A DNA stretch of 64,000 nucleotides, from positions 7,208-71,207 of the forward strand of contig DATFGI010000065.1 of NCBI GenBank assembly GCA_035249605.1, in the 5' to 3' direction. The notes beneath the pieces were generated by a model. That model was not told the origin of the DNA. It ran no database searches and saw only the letters and a program-made list of their open reading frames with translations. Of the stretch, positions 1 to 8,860 are shown piece after piece. The DNA comes from Acidimicrobiia bacterium (lineage in GTDB: Bacteria > Actinomycetota > Acidimicrobiia > Spongiisociales > ZC4RG35). Each line of letters starts with the position of its first letter. The stretch's first letter is position 1. A program made the position numbers and the translations under genes.

Positions 1-358
1 CGCCTTCTACGGTCAGGCACAGAAGGTGCGGGCTGCCATCCGGGACGATTTCGCCCGGGCCTACTCCCAGGTCGACGCCCTGGTCTCGCCGACCAGCCCC
101 ACCGTCGCCTTCCGGGCCGGCGACCGTGTCGACGACCCGCTGTCGATGTACCTCTCCGACATCTGCACCATTCCCTCCAACCTGTCGGGCGATCCGGCGA
201 TCTCGGTGCCCATCGGCCTCGACGACCAGGGGCTGCCCATCGGATTCCAGGTGATGGCGCCGGCGTTGGGTGAGCCGACCATGTTCCGGGTCGCCGCCGA
301 GGTCGAGCGTCTCGCCGGGTTCACCGCCCGCCCCGAGCCTGCCGAGGTGGCGCGTTGA
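1..358 (+). CDS. gatA: Glu-tRNA(Gln)/Asp-tRNA(Asn) amidotransferase subunit A, C-terminal fragment (5' end outside window)
   Basis: Frame open from the window edge. The tail ...[34 protein letters not shown]... is typical of GatA. Its stop overlaps the TTG start of gatB (TTGA, 355-358). Confidence 0.85.
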   Translation, partial: AFYGQAQKVRAAIRDDFARAYSQVDALVSPTSPTVAFRAGDRVDDPLSMYLSDICTIPSNLSGDPAISVPIGLDDQGLPIGFQVMAPALGEPTMFRVAAEVERLAGFTARPEPAEVAR

Positions 359-1803
359 GCTGGGAGCCGGTGATCGGCATCGAGGTCCATGTCGAGCTGG
401 CGACCGAGTCCAAGATGTTCTGTGGCTGCGCCGTCGAGTTCGGCGCCGAGCCCAACACCAACATCTGCCCGGTGTGTCTCGGGCTCCCCGGCGCCCTGCC
501 GGTGACCAACCGGCGGGCCATCGAGTGGATCATGGCCATCGGTCTCGCCCTCGACTGCGAGGTGACGGAGCGCTCGGTCTTCCACCGCAAGAACTACTTC
601 TACGCCGACCTGCCCAAGAACTACCAGATCTCCCAATTCGACGTCCCGGTGTGCCACGACGGGTTCCTCGACGTGGTCGTGGACGGGACGATCAGGCGGG
701 TGGGGATCGAGCGCGCCCACATGGAGGAGGACACCGGGAAGTCCACCCATGTCGGCGTGGGGGGCCGGATCCACGCCGCCGAGTCGACTCTGCTCGACTT
801 CAACCGATCGGGGACGCCCCTGGTGGAGATCGTCTCCAGACCCGATATTCGCAGCGCCGTCGAGGCACGGGCCTACGCCCAGGAGTTGCGGGCCCTGGTC
901 TCCGAGCTGGGGGTGTCCGACGCTCGGCTCGAGGAGGGGTCGATCCGCTTCGACGCCAACGTCTCGGTACGACCCGTCGGGCAGACCGTGCTCGGGGTAA
1001 AGGTGGAGATCAAGAACATGAACTCGTTCCGATCTCTGGAGCGGGCGGTCGACTTCGAGATCGCCCGGCAGATCGAGGTGCTCGAAGGTGGGGGGACCGT
1101 GGTCCAGGAGACCCGGCATTGGGACGAGGAGGCGGGGGTGACCCATTCGATGCGGACCAAGGAAGGGTCCTCCGACTACCGCTACTTCACCGAGCCAGAT
1201 CTGGTGCCCATGGTCCTCGACCGCTCATGGGTGGAGGAGGTGCGGGCGGGTCTCCCCGAGCTGCCGGCACGACGTCGGGAGCGGTATGTCGCCGCCGGGC
1301 TCGACGAGGGTCTGGCCACGGTGCTCTCCCAATCACCGGCCGCCCTGCGAGCCGTCTTCGACGAGGCGGTGGCCGCCGGAGCACCGGCCCGGCCCGCCGC
1401 CAACTGGCTCACCGGTGAGGTCACCGCCTGGGTCCGGCGCGAGGAGGCCGATCCGGCATCGGTCGGGCTGACCGGAGAGCAACTCGCCGAGTTGGTCGCC
1501 ATGGTCGAGGAGGGGTCGGTGTCGTCGTCTGCCGCCAAGGAGGTCCTCGAGGGTGTCCTCGCCGGAGAGGGCAACCCCGGGGAGGTGGCGGTGAGCCGGG
1601 ACCTGGTCCAGATCTCGGATACCTCGGCGCTGGCCTCGGTCGTCGAAGAGGTGATCGGGGACAACCCAGATGCGGTCGAGAGCTACCGGTCCGGCGAGTC
1701 CAAGGTGGTGGGCTTCCTGGTCGGCCAGGTGATGCGGGCCACCCAGGGCAAGGCCGACCCCAAGCTGGTCAACCAGCTGCTCACCGAGAAGCTCTCCGGA
1801 TAG
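355..1803 (+). CDS. gatB: Asp/Glu-tRNA amidotransferase subunit B
   Basis: 482 aa. N-terminus [13 protein letters not shown]...KMFCGC...[12 protein letters not shown], central [10 protein letters not shown], and a C-terminal YqeY-like tail. Directly coupled to gatA. Confidence 0.95.
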   Translation: MSWEPVIGIEVHVELATESKMFCGCAVEFGAEPNTNICPVCLGLPGALPVTNRRAIEWIMAIGLALDCEVTERSVFHRKNYFYADLPKNYQISQFDVPVCHDGFLDVVVDGTIRRVGIERAHMEEDTGKSTHVGVGGRIHAAESTLLDFNRSGTPLVEIVSRPDIRSAVEARAYAQELRALVSELGVSDARLEEGSIRFDANVSVRPVGQTVLGVKVEIKNMNSFRSLERAVDFEIARQIEVLEGGGTVVQETRHWDEEAGVTHSMRTKEGSSDYRYFTEPDLVPMVLDRSWVEEVRAGLPELPARRRERYVAAGLDEGLATVLSQSPAALRAVFDEAVAAGAPARPAANWLTGEVTAWVRREEADPASVGLTGEQLAELVAMVEEGSVSSSAAKEVLEGVLAGEGNPGEVAVSRDLVQISDTSALASVVEEVIGDNPDAVESYRSGESKVVGFLVGQVMRATQGKADPKLVNQLLTEKLSG

Positions 1804-1807
1804 CCGC

Positions 1808-1854
1808 AACCCAGGGTTCCTAGCGTCGCTCAGCGACGCTAGGAACCCTGGGTT
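1808..1854. repeat. 47-nt perfect palindromic element, copy A (AACCCAGGGTTCCTAGCGTCGCT-C-AGCGACGCTAGGAACCCTGGGTT); likely also the gatB terminator
   Basis: 23-bp perfect stem read directly, 5 nt after the gatB stop. A near-identical second copy lies at 8246..8292. Confidence 0.85.
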
Positions 1855-1882
1855 CGCTGTTTGGGACGCCACGGTGACTTGA

Positions 1883-3319
1883 ATGGCGATCATGCAGCGG
1901 CAGACCAAGATCATCGCCACCCTGGGCCCGGCGGTGGCCTCCCAGGAGGGAATCCGCTCTCTGGTCGACGCCGGGATGGATGTGGCCCGACTCAACTTCT
2001 CCCACGGGGGTCATGAGCTGCATCGAAAGTCCTACGAGTGGGTGAGGTCGGCCGCCGAGGACTGCGGACGCACCATCGCCATCATGCAGGACATCCAGGG
2101 CCCCAAGCTCCGGGTCGGCGAATTCCCCGGGGGCGCCATCGAGCTGCACGCCGACGACGAGGTCGACCTCCTTCCCGACGCCGGAGTCGGCGACTCCGAG
2201 CACATCCCAATCGGCTACGAGGCGTTGCTCTCCGACGTCAGCCCCGGGGATCGGGTCATCCTCGACGACGGTCTGGTCTCCTGTGAGGTGGTGGGCCGGA
2301 CCGACACCGCCCTGCGGGCCCGGGTGGTCGTGGGTGGGATCCTCACCGACCACAAAGGGGTCGCCTTCCCCGACTCCAGCCTCACCGTGGGCAACATCAC
2401 CCCCAAGGACGAGGTCGACCTCGCCTTCGGCAGGGAGTTGGGCGTCGACTTCGTCGCCGCCTCCTTCGTCCGCAGCGCCGCCGACGTGGAGGCGGTGGCC
2501 TCGCTGGCCGGGGAGGCCCCGATCATCGCCAAGATCGAGCTGGCCCAGGCGCTGGACAACCTCGACGAGATCATCAAGGTGTCCTTCGGGGTGATGGTGG
2601 CCCGCGGTGACCTTGGGGTCCAGCTTCCCCTCGACCGCATCCCTCTCATCCAGGCCGACATCCTGAAGCGGGCCAATGCCGCCGCCTGTGTCTCGGTCAC
2701 CGCCACCGAGATGCTGGAGTCGATGACCCACCACATGCGTCCCACCCGGGCCGAGGTCACCGATGTCGCCACCGCGGTCATGGAGGGAACCGACGCTGTG
2801 ATGCTCTCCGGGGAGACCGCTATCGGGGACTACCCGTCGCAGACCGTGCGGGCGATGGCCCGGATCTGTCAGACGATCGAGGAGGGGACGCTCGCCGGGG
2901 AGACACCGGTGCCCTTCTTCGTCGGAGAGAACGACGTCGCCTCCGCGGTCGCCCAAGCCGCGACCCAGATCGCCAAGAACGTGGGGGCGCGCACCATCGT
3001 CGCCTTCACCGAGTCGGGGAGCACCGCCCGGCTCATCTCCAAGTACCGGCCCGGCCAGCGGGTGGTCGCCTTCACCCCCAACGTGACCACCAGACGGCGG
3101 ATGGCGATGCTGTGGGGGATCCAACCCCACGCCTTCGAACGCCGCGACTACACCGACGCCGAGCTGGCGGCGGCGGCGCGGATCCTCGAGGAGGAGGGGA
3201 TCGCGGCCACCGGTGAGACGGTGGTGATGGTGGCCGGTGTGCCCCCCAACTTCCAGGCCTCGACCAACCTGGTCAAGGTGCACCAAATCGGCGAGGAGTC
3301 GGGGACGCTGGGTGGTTGA
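1883..3319 (+). CDS. pyk: Pyruvate kinase
   Basis: 478 aa. TKIIATLGPA, ARLNFSHG, MVARGDLGV and the C-terminal allosteric domain. Confidence 0.95.
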   Translation: MAIMQRQTKIIATLGPAVASQEGIRSLVDAGMDVARLNFSHGGHELHRKSYEWVRSAAEDCGRTIAIMQDIQGPKLRVGEFPGGAIELHADDEVDLLPDAGVGDSEHIPIGYEALLSDVSPGDRVILDDGLVSCEVVGRTDTALRARVVVGGILTDHKGVAFPDSSLTVGNITPKDEVDLAFGRELGVDFVAASFVRSAADVEAVASLAGEAPIIAKIELAQALDNLDEIIKVSFGVMVARGDLGVQLPLDRIPLIQADILKRANAAACVSVTATEMLESMTHHMRPTRAEVTDVATAVMEGTDAVMLSGETAIGDYPSQTVRAMARICQTIEEGTLAGETPVPFFVGENDVASAVAQAATQIAKNVGARTIVAFTESGSTARLISKYRPGQRVVAFTPNVTTRRRMAMLWGIQPHAFERRDYTDAELAAAARILEEEGIAATGETVVMVAGVPPNFQASTNLVKVHQIGEESGTLGG

Positions 3320-3358
3320 GGGCGAAGACCGCCCGGGCACTACCCTCCCTTCCCGACC

Positions 3359-3676
3359 ATGGGCCAGAACGTAGAGATCCTCGACACCGTGATCATGGGC
3401 GATGTGCTCCTGATCGACACCGACCGCAGTCTCACCGGCCAGGATGGTCATGTCATCACCCCGGGCACCGGTCAGGGCCATGCCGTCCCCGGCTTGCTGG
3501 CCCGGCGTCTCTTCGACCTCGACCTCGGCATCGACCACATCTATGTCCTGCAGAACACGGTGACGGTGCGTCGTCCCGGAGGATGGGACGAGGTCTCGGC
3601 CCGCAGCGTCGGCGAGGTGACCACCACCTTCCTCCGTCACTACCCCGATGCCGAGGGAGCCGACGAGGAGGAGTAG
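3359..3676 (+). CDS. Small conserved hypothetical protein, possibly Nfu/NifU N-terminal-domain-like
   Basis: 105 aa with high GC3 coding signal. The pattern LARRLFDLDLGIDHIYVLQNTVTVRR resembles Nfu_N-type proteins. The call is from memory only. Confidence 0.45.
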   Translation: MGQNVEILDTVIMGDVLLIDTDRSLTGQDGHVITPGTGQGHAVPGLLARRLFDLDLGIDHIYVLQNTVTVRRPGGWDEVSARSVGEVTTTFLRHYPDAEGADEEE

Positions 3677-3679
3677 CAG

Positions 3680-5605
3680 CTAGGTGGTGTCGGTGGTGGG
3701 CAACGGGACCGTCGTGGTTGTCGTCGGTGGCGTGGTCGTGGTGGTGGTGGGACAGGCCGGCGCCCCCGGTCCGGGGACCTTGCAGGGGTGGACCTCGATG
3801 ATCTCGAAGGTGGGCCGGTAACGCACCGCCCACTCCTGCTCTGAGACCAGTTCGGTCCCGCCGCGGAGGATGGTCCGGGTCACGGTGACCGACCAACCCT
3901 CACGTGGGCTCTGCACCTGGCTCGACTGGTTGACACCGAGCTCGGGATTGGGTCGGATCTCGGGGTCGCCGGGCTCGGTGATGTTGTAGCGATCCGAGGT
4001 CTCCCCCTTGACGTGGAGCGCCTCGGGGCCGCCCTCGTTGGCCACCCGGATGTGGGTCTCGCCGCCGCTCTGCTCCCCGACCAGGGTGCGGCCGTGGTTG
4101 AACCCGAAGAAGCGGACCGTCACCGAGGTGTCGGTGTACCGGGTGTCGATGAGCACGGCGTGCTCTCGGTTGTTGCGGAACTTGAGGTCGATGGAGCGCC
4201 AGAACAGGGTGGCCTCGATGCCCTCGGGATAGCGGGAGAAGTAATAGGAGTGCGGCTGATGCTCCACGTCCTCGTACCCGCCCCAGAACACCGCGTTGTA
4301 CATGGTGGTGGTGAACTGGCTGGTCCCACCGCCCAGGGTGTCGACGATCTCCCCCGCCACGATCGAGCCGGCGGGAAGGTAGCCCTTGTCGGCGGTGCGC
4401 TCCCCGACGTGGTCGTTGAGGCTGAAGGTCTGCCCGGGGAGCACCAGGGTCCCGTCGACAGCGTCGGCGATGAGATGGATGTTGGTCACCCGGTTCTCAC
4501 AGCAGTCGTGGTAGGTGGTGAATTGGGAGACCAGGTGCTCGACCTTGAGGCTCTCCAGGTACTCGGTGGTCATCTCGGGCTCGGCGCCCTCGACCACGGG
4601 AAGCTCGGCGGTGCGGTCGGCGCTCTGGCTGGCCTCGTAGAGCCGGGCTGCCGTCTCCACCTCGTCGATGCGGGTTCCGTTGCTCCCCGGCTGGACGGTG
4701 ACGGTGTTGTCGTCCTGGATCACGAACTCGGCGTTGACCGGCTCGGCCTCGAACTCGGACCGTATCGGGGCGATGAGCTCGTCGACCACTGCGGGGTCGA
4801 AGGAGTTGACGATGGCGGGCGGGCTGTTGGTCACCGTCTCGGACACGAATGCCGTCTCCAGCTGATCCGCTGACAGCACCGTCTCCCGGTCTTCGTGGAT
4901 GAGGGTGATCGGGCCGGCGAGCATCTGCTGGGCCTCGCGGAAGGCGGCATCGACGTCGGCGTCGGTCAACACCGGGACCACGGTGACCGTGGGGATCTCC
5001 GTGATCTCCTCCTCGGCGGCGAGCAGGGTCTCGACGACGATCTCGAGTGCCTCGTCGCGGTCGACACCGACCCCGGTCTCCGGGTAGAGGGGGACCAACT
5101 CGCCCTCGTTGAGCGCGACGCCACCGCTGACGATGGGCTTGGCGATCACCTCGCTGTCCCACTCATCGAAGATCTCCTGCATGGCGATCTCGCTCACTCC
5201 ACCCCGGAGCTCGACGTCGGCGCTGGAGAAGATGTGTGTCAGCCAGTAGAGGAACTGGGTGGCGAAGTTGCCTTCACGACCGACTCTCATCGCCACGGTG
5301 ACCACGCCGTCCTCGTCTATGTCCAGACCGGTGTAACCCGGCTGGAGATCGACGGCGCTGCCGTCGAGGGTGAAGTGCGCGGTGCGGGTGAGCCGCCCGA
5401 TCTCGAGGGCGGTGACGATGTTGAGGGCTTGGTCCCGGGTGCGACCTCCGACGTCGGCCTCGGCGACGGAGACCCGACCCATGACCTCGCCGGCGGACAC
5501 CCAGCGGGTCAGCCCGTACGCCAAGAAGAGGACGACGAACAGCGCACCGACGACCACGACCGCGGCGACCAAGGGATGGATGCGGGAGAAGAGTTGCTTG
5601 TTCAT
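3680..5605 (-). CDS. VanW-domain protein, N-terminally membrane-anchored, with a Thr/Pro-rich C-terminal tail
   Basis: 641 aa. N-terminal TM helix (HPLVAAVVVVGALFVVLFLAY). VanW core ...LPGQTFSLNDHVGERTADKGYLPAG...GGGTSQFTTTMYNAVFWGGY...SRYPEGIEATL... C-terminus PTTTTTTPPTTTTTVP. Confidence 0.85.
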   Translation of the reverse strand: MNKQLFSRIHPLVAAVVVVGALFVVLFLAYGLTRWVSAGEVMGRVSVAEADVGGRTRDQALNIVTALEIGRLTRTAHFTLDGSAVDLQPGYTGLDIDEDGVVTVAMRVGREGNFATQFLYWLTHIFSSADVELRGGVSEIAMQEIFDEWDSEVIAKPIVSGGVALNEGELVPLYPETGVGVDRDEALEIVVETLLAAEEEITEIPTVTVVPVLTDADVDAAFREAQQMLAGPITLIHEDRETVLSADQLETAFVSETVTNSPPAIVNSFDPAVVDELIAPIRSEFEAEPVNAEFVIQDDNTVTVQPGSNGTRIDEVETAARLYEASQSADRTAELPVVEGAEPEMTTEYLESLKVEHLVSQFTTYHDCCENRVTNIHLIADAVDGTLVLPGQTFSLNDHVGERTADKGYLPAGSIVAGEIVDTLGGGTSQFTTTMYNAVFWGGYEDVEHQPHSYYFSRYPEGIEATLFWRSIDLKFRNNREHAVLIDTRYTDTSVTVRFFGFNHGRTLVGEQSGGETHIRVANEGGPEALHVKGETSDRYNITEPGDPEIRPNPELGVNQSSQVQSPREGWSVTVTRTILRGGTELVSEQEWAVRYRPTFEIIEVHPCKVPGPGAPACPTTTTTTPPTTTTTVPLPTTDTT

Positions 5606-5711
5606 GTGGAGGGCCGCCCCAACAGGCCCAAGCCGTGCCCGAGGATGCTACCGGCCAACCGGGTTGTAGGTGGAATCGTCATGTCGGGGGTCGCTTGTAC
5701 GCTGCGCGTCG

Positions 5712-6488
5712 ATGCCTGTCTCGATTCCTCATGTGGTTCCCGGTGATGAGGTACGGGTCAGTGCCACAACGTATGTCGCTTGGAAGAAGTGCCCGGACAG
5801 TGCCAACGTCAGGCTCCAGGGGGTGTTCGGGCCCGACTCCCGCGCCTCTTTCCTGGGCAATCTGGCCCATCGCATCTTCGCACGACATCTCAGCGGTGGC
5901 CCCATCGCCTCCGAGGAATTCATCCAGGCCTGCAAGGAGGAGATCGGCGGGTCCAACCTGAACAACAAGTTGGGCGGTCTCGAGCTCAAACCCTCGACCC
6001 TGGCCGGTGTCATCGAGGAGGTGCGCGCTCTGTACGAGCGTTTCGTCAGGCTGCCCGGGGAGGGGTTCGAAGGCTCCGAGGTCTCCCTCGACCATCACAC
6101 CGGCGACGGTGTCTCATTGGTGGGCACCATCGACGCCGTCTATCGCGAGGACCTGGGCGGGCATCGTCTCGTCGATTGGAAGACCGGGGAGATCAGCGAC
6201 GCCGAGGACCAGTTGCTCTTCTACTCGCTGCTATGGGCCCTGGAGCGCGACGAGTTGCCCGCCTATGTCGAGGCCGTCTCCGTGAAGACCGGGGAGCGCT
6301 ACCGGGCGGTCCCGTCCACCGCCGACGTGCAGCGGATCGCCGCCGAGATCGGAGAGCTGGTCGACCAGATCCGCGGGGCATGGGGGAGGGGGGAGCCGCT
6401 GGCCCGTCATGGTGGCCCCTGGTGCCGCTACTGCCCGATCCTGGAGGACTGCCCGGAGGGCCGCTCCGCCCACGCGCTGTTGACGTAG
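5712..6488 (+). CDS. PD-(D/E)XK nuclease, Cas4/AddB-like, with a putative 4Cys Fe-S site
   Basis: Motifs GTIDAVY...LVDWKTG (D...D/ExK) and QLLFYSLL (QxxxY). One N-terminal Cys (WKKCP) plus a C-terminal CRYCPILEDC. Start chosen at the internal ATG (MPVSIPH); the track ORF begins at 5670. Confidence 0.7.
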   Translation: MPVSIPHVVPGDEVRVSATTYVAWKKCPDSANVRLQGVFGPDSRASFLGNLAHRIFARHLSGGPIASEEFIQACKEEIGGSNLNNKLGGLELKPSTLAGVIEEVRALYERFVRLPGEGFEGSEVSLDHHTGDGVSLVGTIDAVYREDLGGHRLVDWKTGEISDAEDQLLFYSLLWALERDELPAYVEAVSVKTGERYRAVPSTADVQRIAAEIGELVDQIRGAWGRGEPLARHGGPWCRYCPILEDCPEGRSAHALLT

Positions 6489-6537
6489 GGGGCCACCCGG
6501 GGTTGCGGGATGGGCCCACCCGGGTAAGGCCCGGCCG

Positions 6538-8202
6538 GTGGGCACCGGTTCCAGCGAGCACGAGCGATACGACCTGTGGTGGAAGACCGCCGTCTTCTAC
6601 TGCCTCGATGTCGAGTCCTACCTCGACAGCGTGGGCGACGGCATCGGCGATCTCCACGGGCTCCTGGAGAGAGTCGATTATCTGGCAGCCCTGGGTGTCA
6701 CCTGCATCTGGCTGATGCCCTTCTATCCGACCCCGAACCGCGACGACGGGTACGACGTCACCGACTATTACGGGGTCGACCCCCGGCTCGGTGACCTGGG
6801 CGACTTCACCCAGTTCGTGGACGCGGCCCGGGAGCGGGGGATGAGGGTCATCGTAGATCTGGTGATCAACCACACCTCGATAGAGCATCCCTGGTTTCAG
6901 GCGGCCCGCACCGGCCCTGACTCTCCGTATCACGACTACTACGTCTGGCAGGACGAGCGTCCTGAGGATTGGGAGACGGCGCTCGTGTTTCCCGGCGAGC
7001 AGACCGAGAACTGGACCTACGACCGCAAGGCCCGCCGGTACTACCTACACCACTTCTACTCGCATCAACCCGACCTGAACCCTTCCGACCAGCGGGTGCA
7101 CGAGGAGATGAAGCAGATCATGTCGTTCTGGGTCCAGCTCGGTGTCTCCGGCTTCCGGGTGGACGCCGTCCCGTTCCTGATCAAGATGAAAGGAATCGAG
7201 ACGCAGCGGGAGATCCTGCCCCACGAGTTCCTGCGCGATCTCGCCGCCCATCTCGGCAGGAGGCGCGGGGACGCCATCATGCTCGGTGAGGTGAACCTCC
7301 CTCCCCACGAGGCTCTCGAGTACTTCGGGGACGGCAACGAGCTGGAGATGCTCTTCAACTTCAACATCAACCAGTACCTCTACCTGGCGCTGGCCCGGCG
7401 TCACGCCGATCCGTTGCGCAAGGCCCTGGAGGCGCTGCCGGCGATCCCGGCGGGGGGTCAGTGGGCGCAGTTCATCAAGAACCACGACGAGCTGACTCTC
7501 GACCAGTTGACCGAGGCCGAGCGTCAGGAGGTCTTCGACGCATTCGGCCCCGATCCCGACATGCAGCTCTTCGACAGGGGCATCAGACGGCGCCTTCCCC
7601 CGATGCTCGGTGGCGACACGGCCAGGATTCGGCTCGCCTACAGCGTGCTCTTCTCCCTGCCCGGCGCCCCGGTCCTCTTCTACGGTGAGGAGCTGGGGAT
7701 GGGTGAGAACCTGGACATCCCGGGGAGATTGGCGGTGAGGTCCCCGATGCAATGGACCGACGAGGACGGCGCCGGGTTCTCCGCGGCCCCGGCCGACCAG
7801 CTGCACCGACCGGTCACCACCGGGGCCTTCGGGCCGGGCAACGTCAATGCCGCCGCTCAGATCAGGGACCCGCACTCCATGCTGTCCTGGATGAAGGATC
7901 TCATCGACCGTCATCGCGACGTGCCCGAATTCGGCATGGGAGCCCACTCGGTCGTCGACGTGGGCGTCCCCGAGGTGCTCGCCTCGCGCTCGGAGTGGCG
8001 GGACGGTGTGGTCCTGACCCTGCACAACTTCTCCGAGCAGGCAGTGGAGGTGGCGATAGAGGCCGAGCTCGCCGGTCGCCGACCGGTGGAGATCTGGAGC
8101 GACCGGGACTACGGAGAGTCCTCGCCGGACGGGATCAAGGTCGAGGGGAGCGGATATCGCTGGTTCCGGCTCGTCGCCCCGGGAGAGAGGTTCCTGGCAT
8201 GA
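6538..8202 (+). CDS. GH13 alpha-amylase-family enzyme, trehalose synthase / maltose glucosyltransferase-like
   Basis: 554 aa. WWKTAVFYCLDVESYLDSVGDGIGDLHGL...LGVTCIWLMPFYPTPNRDDGYDVTDYY...VIVDLVINHTS...GFRVDAV. GTG start. Confidence 0.85.
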   Translation: MGTGSSEHERYDLWWKTAVFYCLDVESYLDSVGDGIGDLHGLLERVDYLAALGVTCIWLMPFYPTPNRDDGYDVTDYYGVDPRLGDLGDFTQFVDAARERGMRVIVDLVINHTSIEHPWFQAARTGPDSPYHDYYVWQDERPEDWETALVFPGEQTENWTYDRKARRYYLHHFYSHQPDLNPSDQRVHEEMKQIMSFWVQLGVSGFRVDAVPFLIKMKGIETQREILPHEFLRDLAAHLGRRRGDAIMLGEVNLPPHEALEYFGDGNELEMLFNFNINQYLYLALARRHADPLRKALEALPAIPAGGQWAQFIKNHDELTLDQLTEAERQEVFDAFGPDPDMQLFDRGIRRRLPPMLGGDTARIRLAYSVLFSLPGAPVLFYGEELGMGENLDIPGRLAVRSPMQWTDEDGAGFSAAPADQLHRPVTTGAFGPGNVNAAAQIRDPHSMLSWMKDLIDRHRDVPEFGMGAHSVVDVGVPEVLASRSEWRDGVVLTLHNFSEQAVEVAIEAELAGRRPVEIWSDRDYGESSPDGIKVEGSGYRWFRLVAPGERFLA

Positions 8203-8203
8203 C

Positions 8204-8243
8204 CTCAAGGGTCCCCGCCCGCAAGCGGGCGGGGACCCTTGAG
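8204..8243. terminator. GC-rich stem-loop (19-bp stem, CTCAAGGGTCCCCGCCCGC-AA-GCGGGCGGGGACCCTTGAG) right after the GH13 stop
   Basis: Perfect inverted repeat read directly, starting 2 nt after the TGA at 8200-8202. No U-tract. Confidence 0.55.
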
Positions 8244-8245
8244 CG

Positions 8246-8292
8246 AACCCAGGGTTCGTAGCGTCGCTCAGCGACGCTCTGAACCCTGGGTT
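8246..8292. repeat. 47-nt palindromic element, copy B (3 substitutions relative to copy A)
   Basis: AACCCAGGGTTCGTAGCGTCGCT-C-AGCGACGCTCTGAACCCTGGGTT. Same length and ends as 1808..1854. Confidence 0.85.
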
Positions 8293-8338
8293 GCGCGAAG
8301 GGCGGAGACCCCGGAGAGCGGTCCCTGGTATGAGACGA

Positions 8339-8366
8339 AGGCGCCGCCCGCAAGCGGGCGGCGCCT
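8339..8366. terminator. 13-bp GC stem-loop (AGGCGCCGCCCGC-AA-GCGGGCGGCGCCT) downstream of the minus-strand micro-ORF
   Basis: Read directly. Shares the 18-nt core CCGCCCGCAAGCGGGCGG with the hairpin at 8204..8243. Lies 14 nt beyond the micro-ORF stop. Confidence 0.5.
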
Positions 8367-8379
8367 CCCGAGTCGACTC

Positions 8380-8439
8380 TCAGCAGCAGTCGCAGCCGTC
8401 GCCGCAACAGCCACCGGTGTCGGTTTCGCGAAGTGTCAT
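8380..8439 (-). CDS. Candidate 19-aa cysteine-rich peptide MTLRETDTGGCCGDGCDCC (metallothionein-like?)
   Basis: ATG at 8439 is preceded by AAAGGAGGGACG (strong SD); TGA at 8382-8380. Six Cys in the last 9 residues. Divergent from the ArsR-family gene. Not in the ORF track because it is too short. Confidence 0.45.
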   Translation of the reverse strand: MTLRETDTGGCCGDGCDCC

Positions 8440-8472
8440 CGTCCCTCCTTTGGAACAAATAGACAGTCTTCG

Positions 8473-8512
8473 ATACATCGATACTGGTATATGTATTGAT
8501 GAATGTCAATAC
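8473..8512. promoter_or_regulatory. Two overlapping inverted repeats in an AT-rich divergent spacer (candidate ArsR/SmtB operators)
   Basis: ATACAT-N12-ATGTAT (8473..8496) and the perfect GTATTGA-N6-TCAATAC (8493..8512). The spacer 8440..8531 is about 40% G+C by hand count, in an otherwise very GC-rich window. Confidence 0.4.
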
Positions 8513-8531
8513 AAGGGGTAGGGTGGTCTTC

Positions 8532-8858
8532 ATGGAGCTCTGTTGCACCCCTTTGAGAGAAGGCGCGGTAAGTGCCGAGCGGGCCGAGTCGATGGCCCCG
8601 GTTCTATCCGCCCTGGCCGACCCGGTGCGGCTACGAATCGTTTCGATGATCCTCGACTCACCGGCCGGGTCATCCTGCGGCTGCGACCTGGAGGAGCCCC
8701 TCGGCCTGTCCCAGCCCACTGTCTCGCATCATCTCAAGGTGCTGCGCGAGGCCGGCCTGGTGGAGGGGGAGCGGCGGGGCCGCTGGGTCCATTACAGCGT
8801 GGTCGAGGAGCGTCTCGAGGAAGTGGCGTCGGCGCTCCGCCCCGGCGCGCTGGTCTAG
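8532..8858 (+). CDS. ArsR/SmtB-family metal(loid)-responsive transcriptional repressor
   Basis: MELCCTPL... (N-terminal Cys pair), LADPVRLRIV, SSCGCDL in the position of the ELCVCDL metal site, and the HTH LSQPTVSHHLKVLREAGLV. Start placed at ATG 8532; the track ORF starts at TTG 8496. Confidence 0.85.
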   Translation: MELCCTPLREGAVSAERAESMAPVLSALADPVRLRIVSMILDSPAGSSCGCDLEEPLGLSQPTVSHHLKVLREAGLVEGERRGRWVHYSVVEERLEEVASALRPGALV

Positions 8859-8860
8859 TC

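Noticed and set aside
1820-3640. 606-aa minus-strand ORF covering the pyruvate kinase region
   Set aside because: It is antisense to an unmistakable pyk gene. The product is Gly/Arg/Asp/His-rich low-complexity sequence typical of shadow frames in very high-GC DNA. The same reasoning applies to 61..1146, 270..1418 and 1333..1995 over gatB.
5712-6488. Cas4 as a marker of a CRISPR-Cas locus
   Set aside because: This is a stand-alone PD-(D/E)XK/Fe-S nuclease with no cas1/cas2, effector genes or repeats nearby. Such Cas4/AddB-like nucleases occur outside CRISPR loci.
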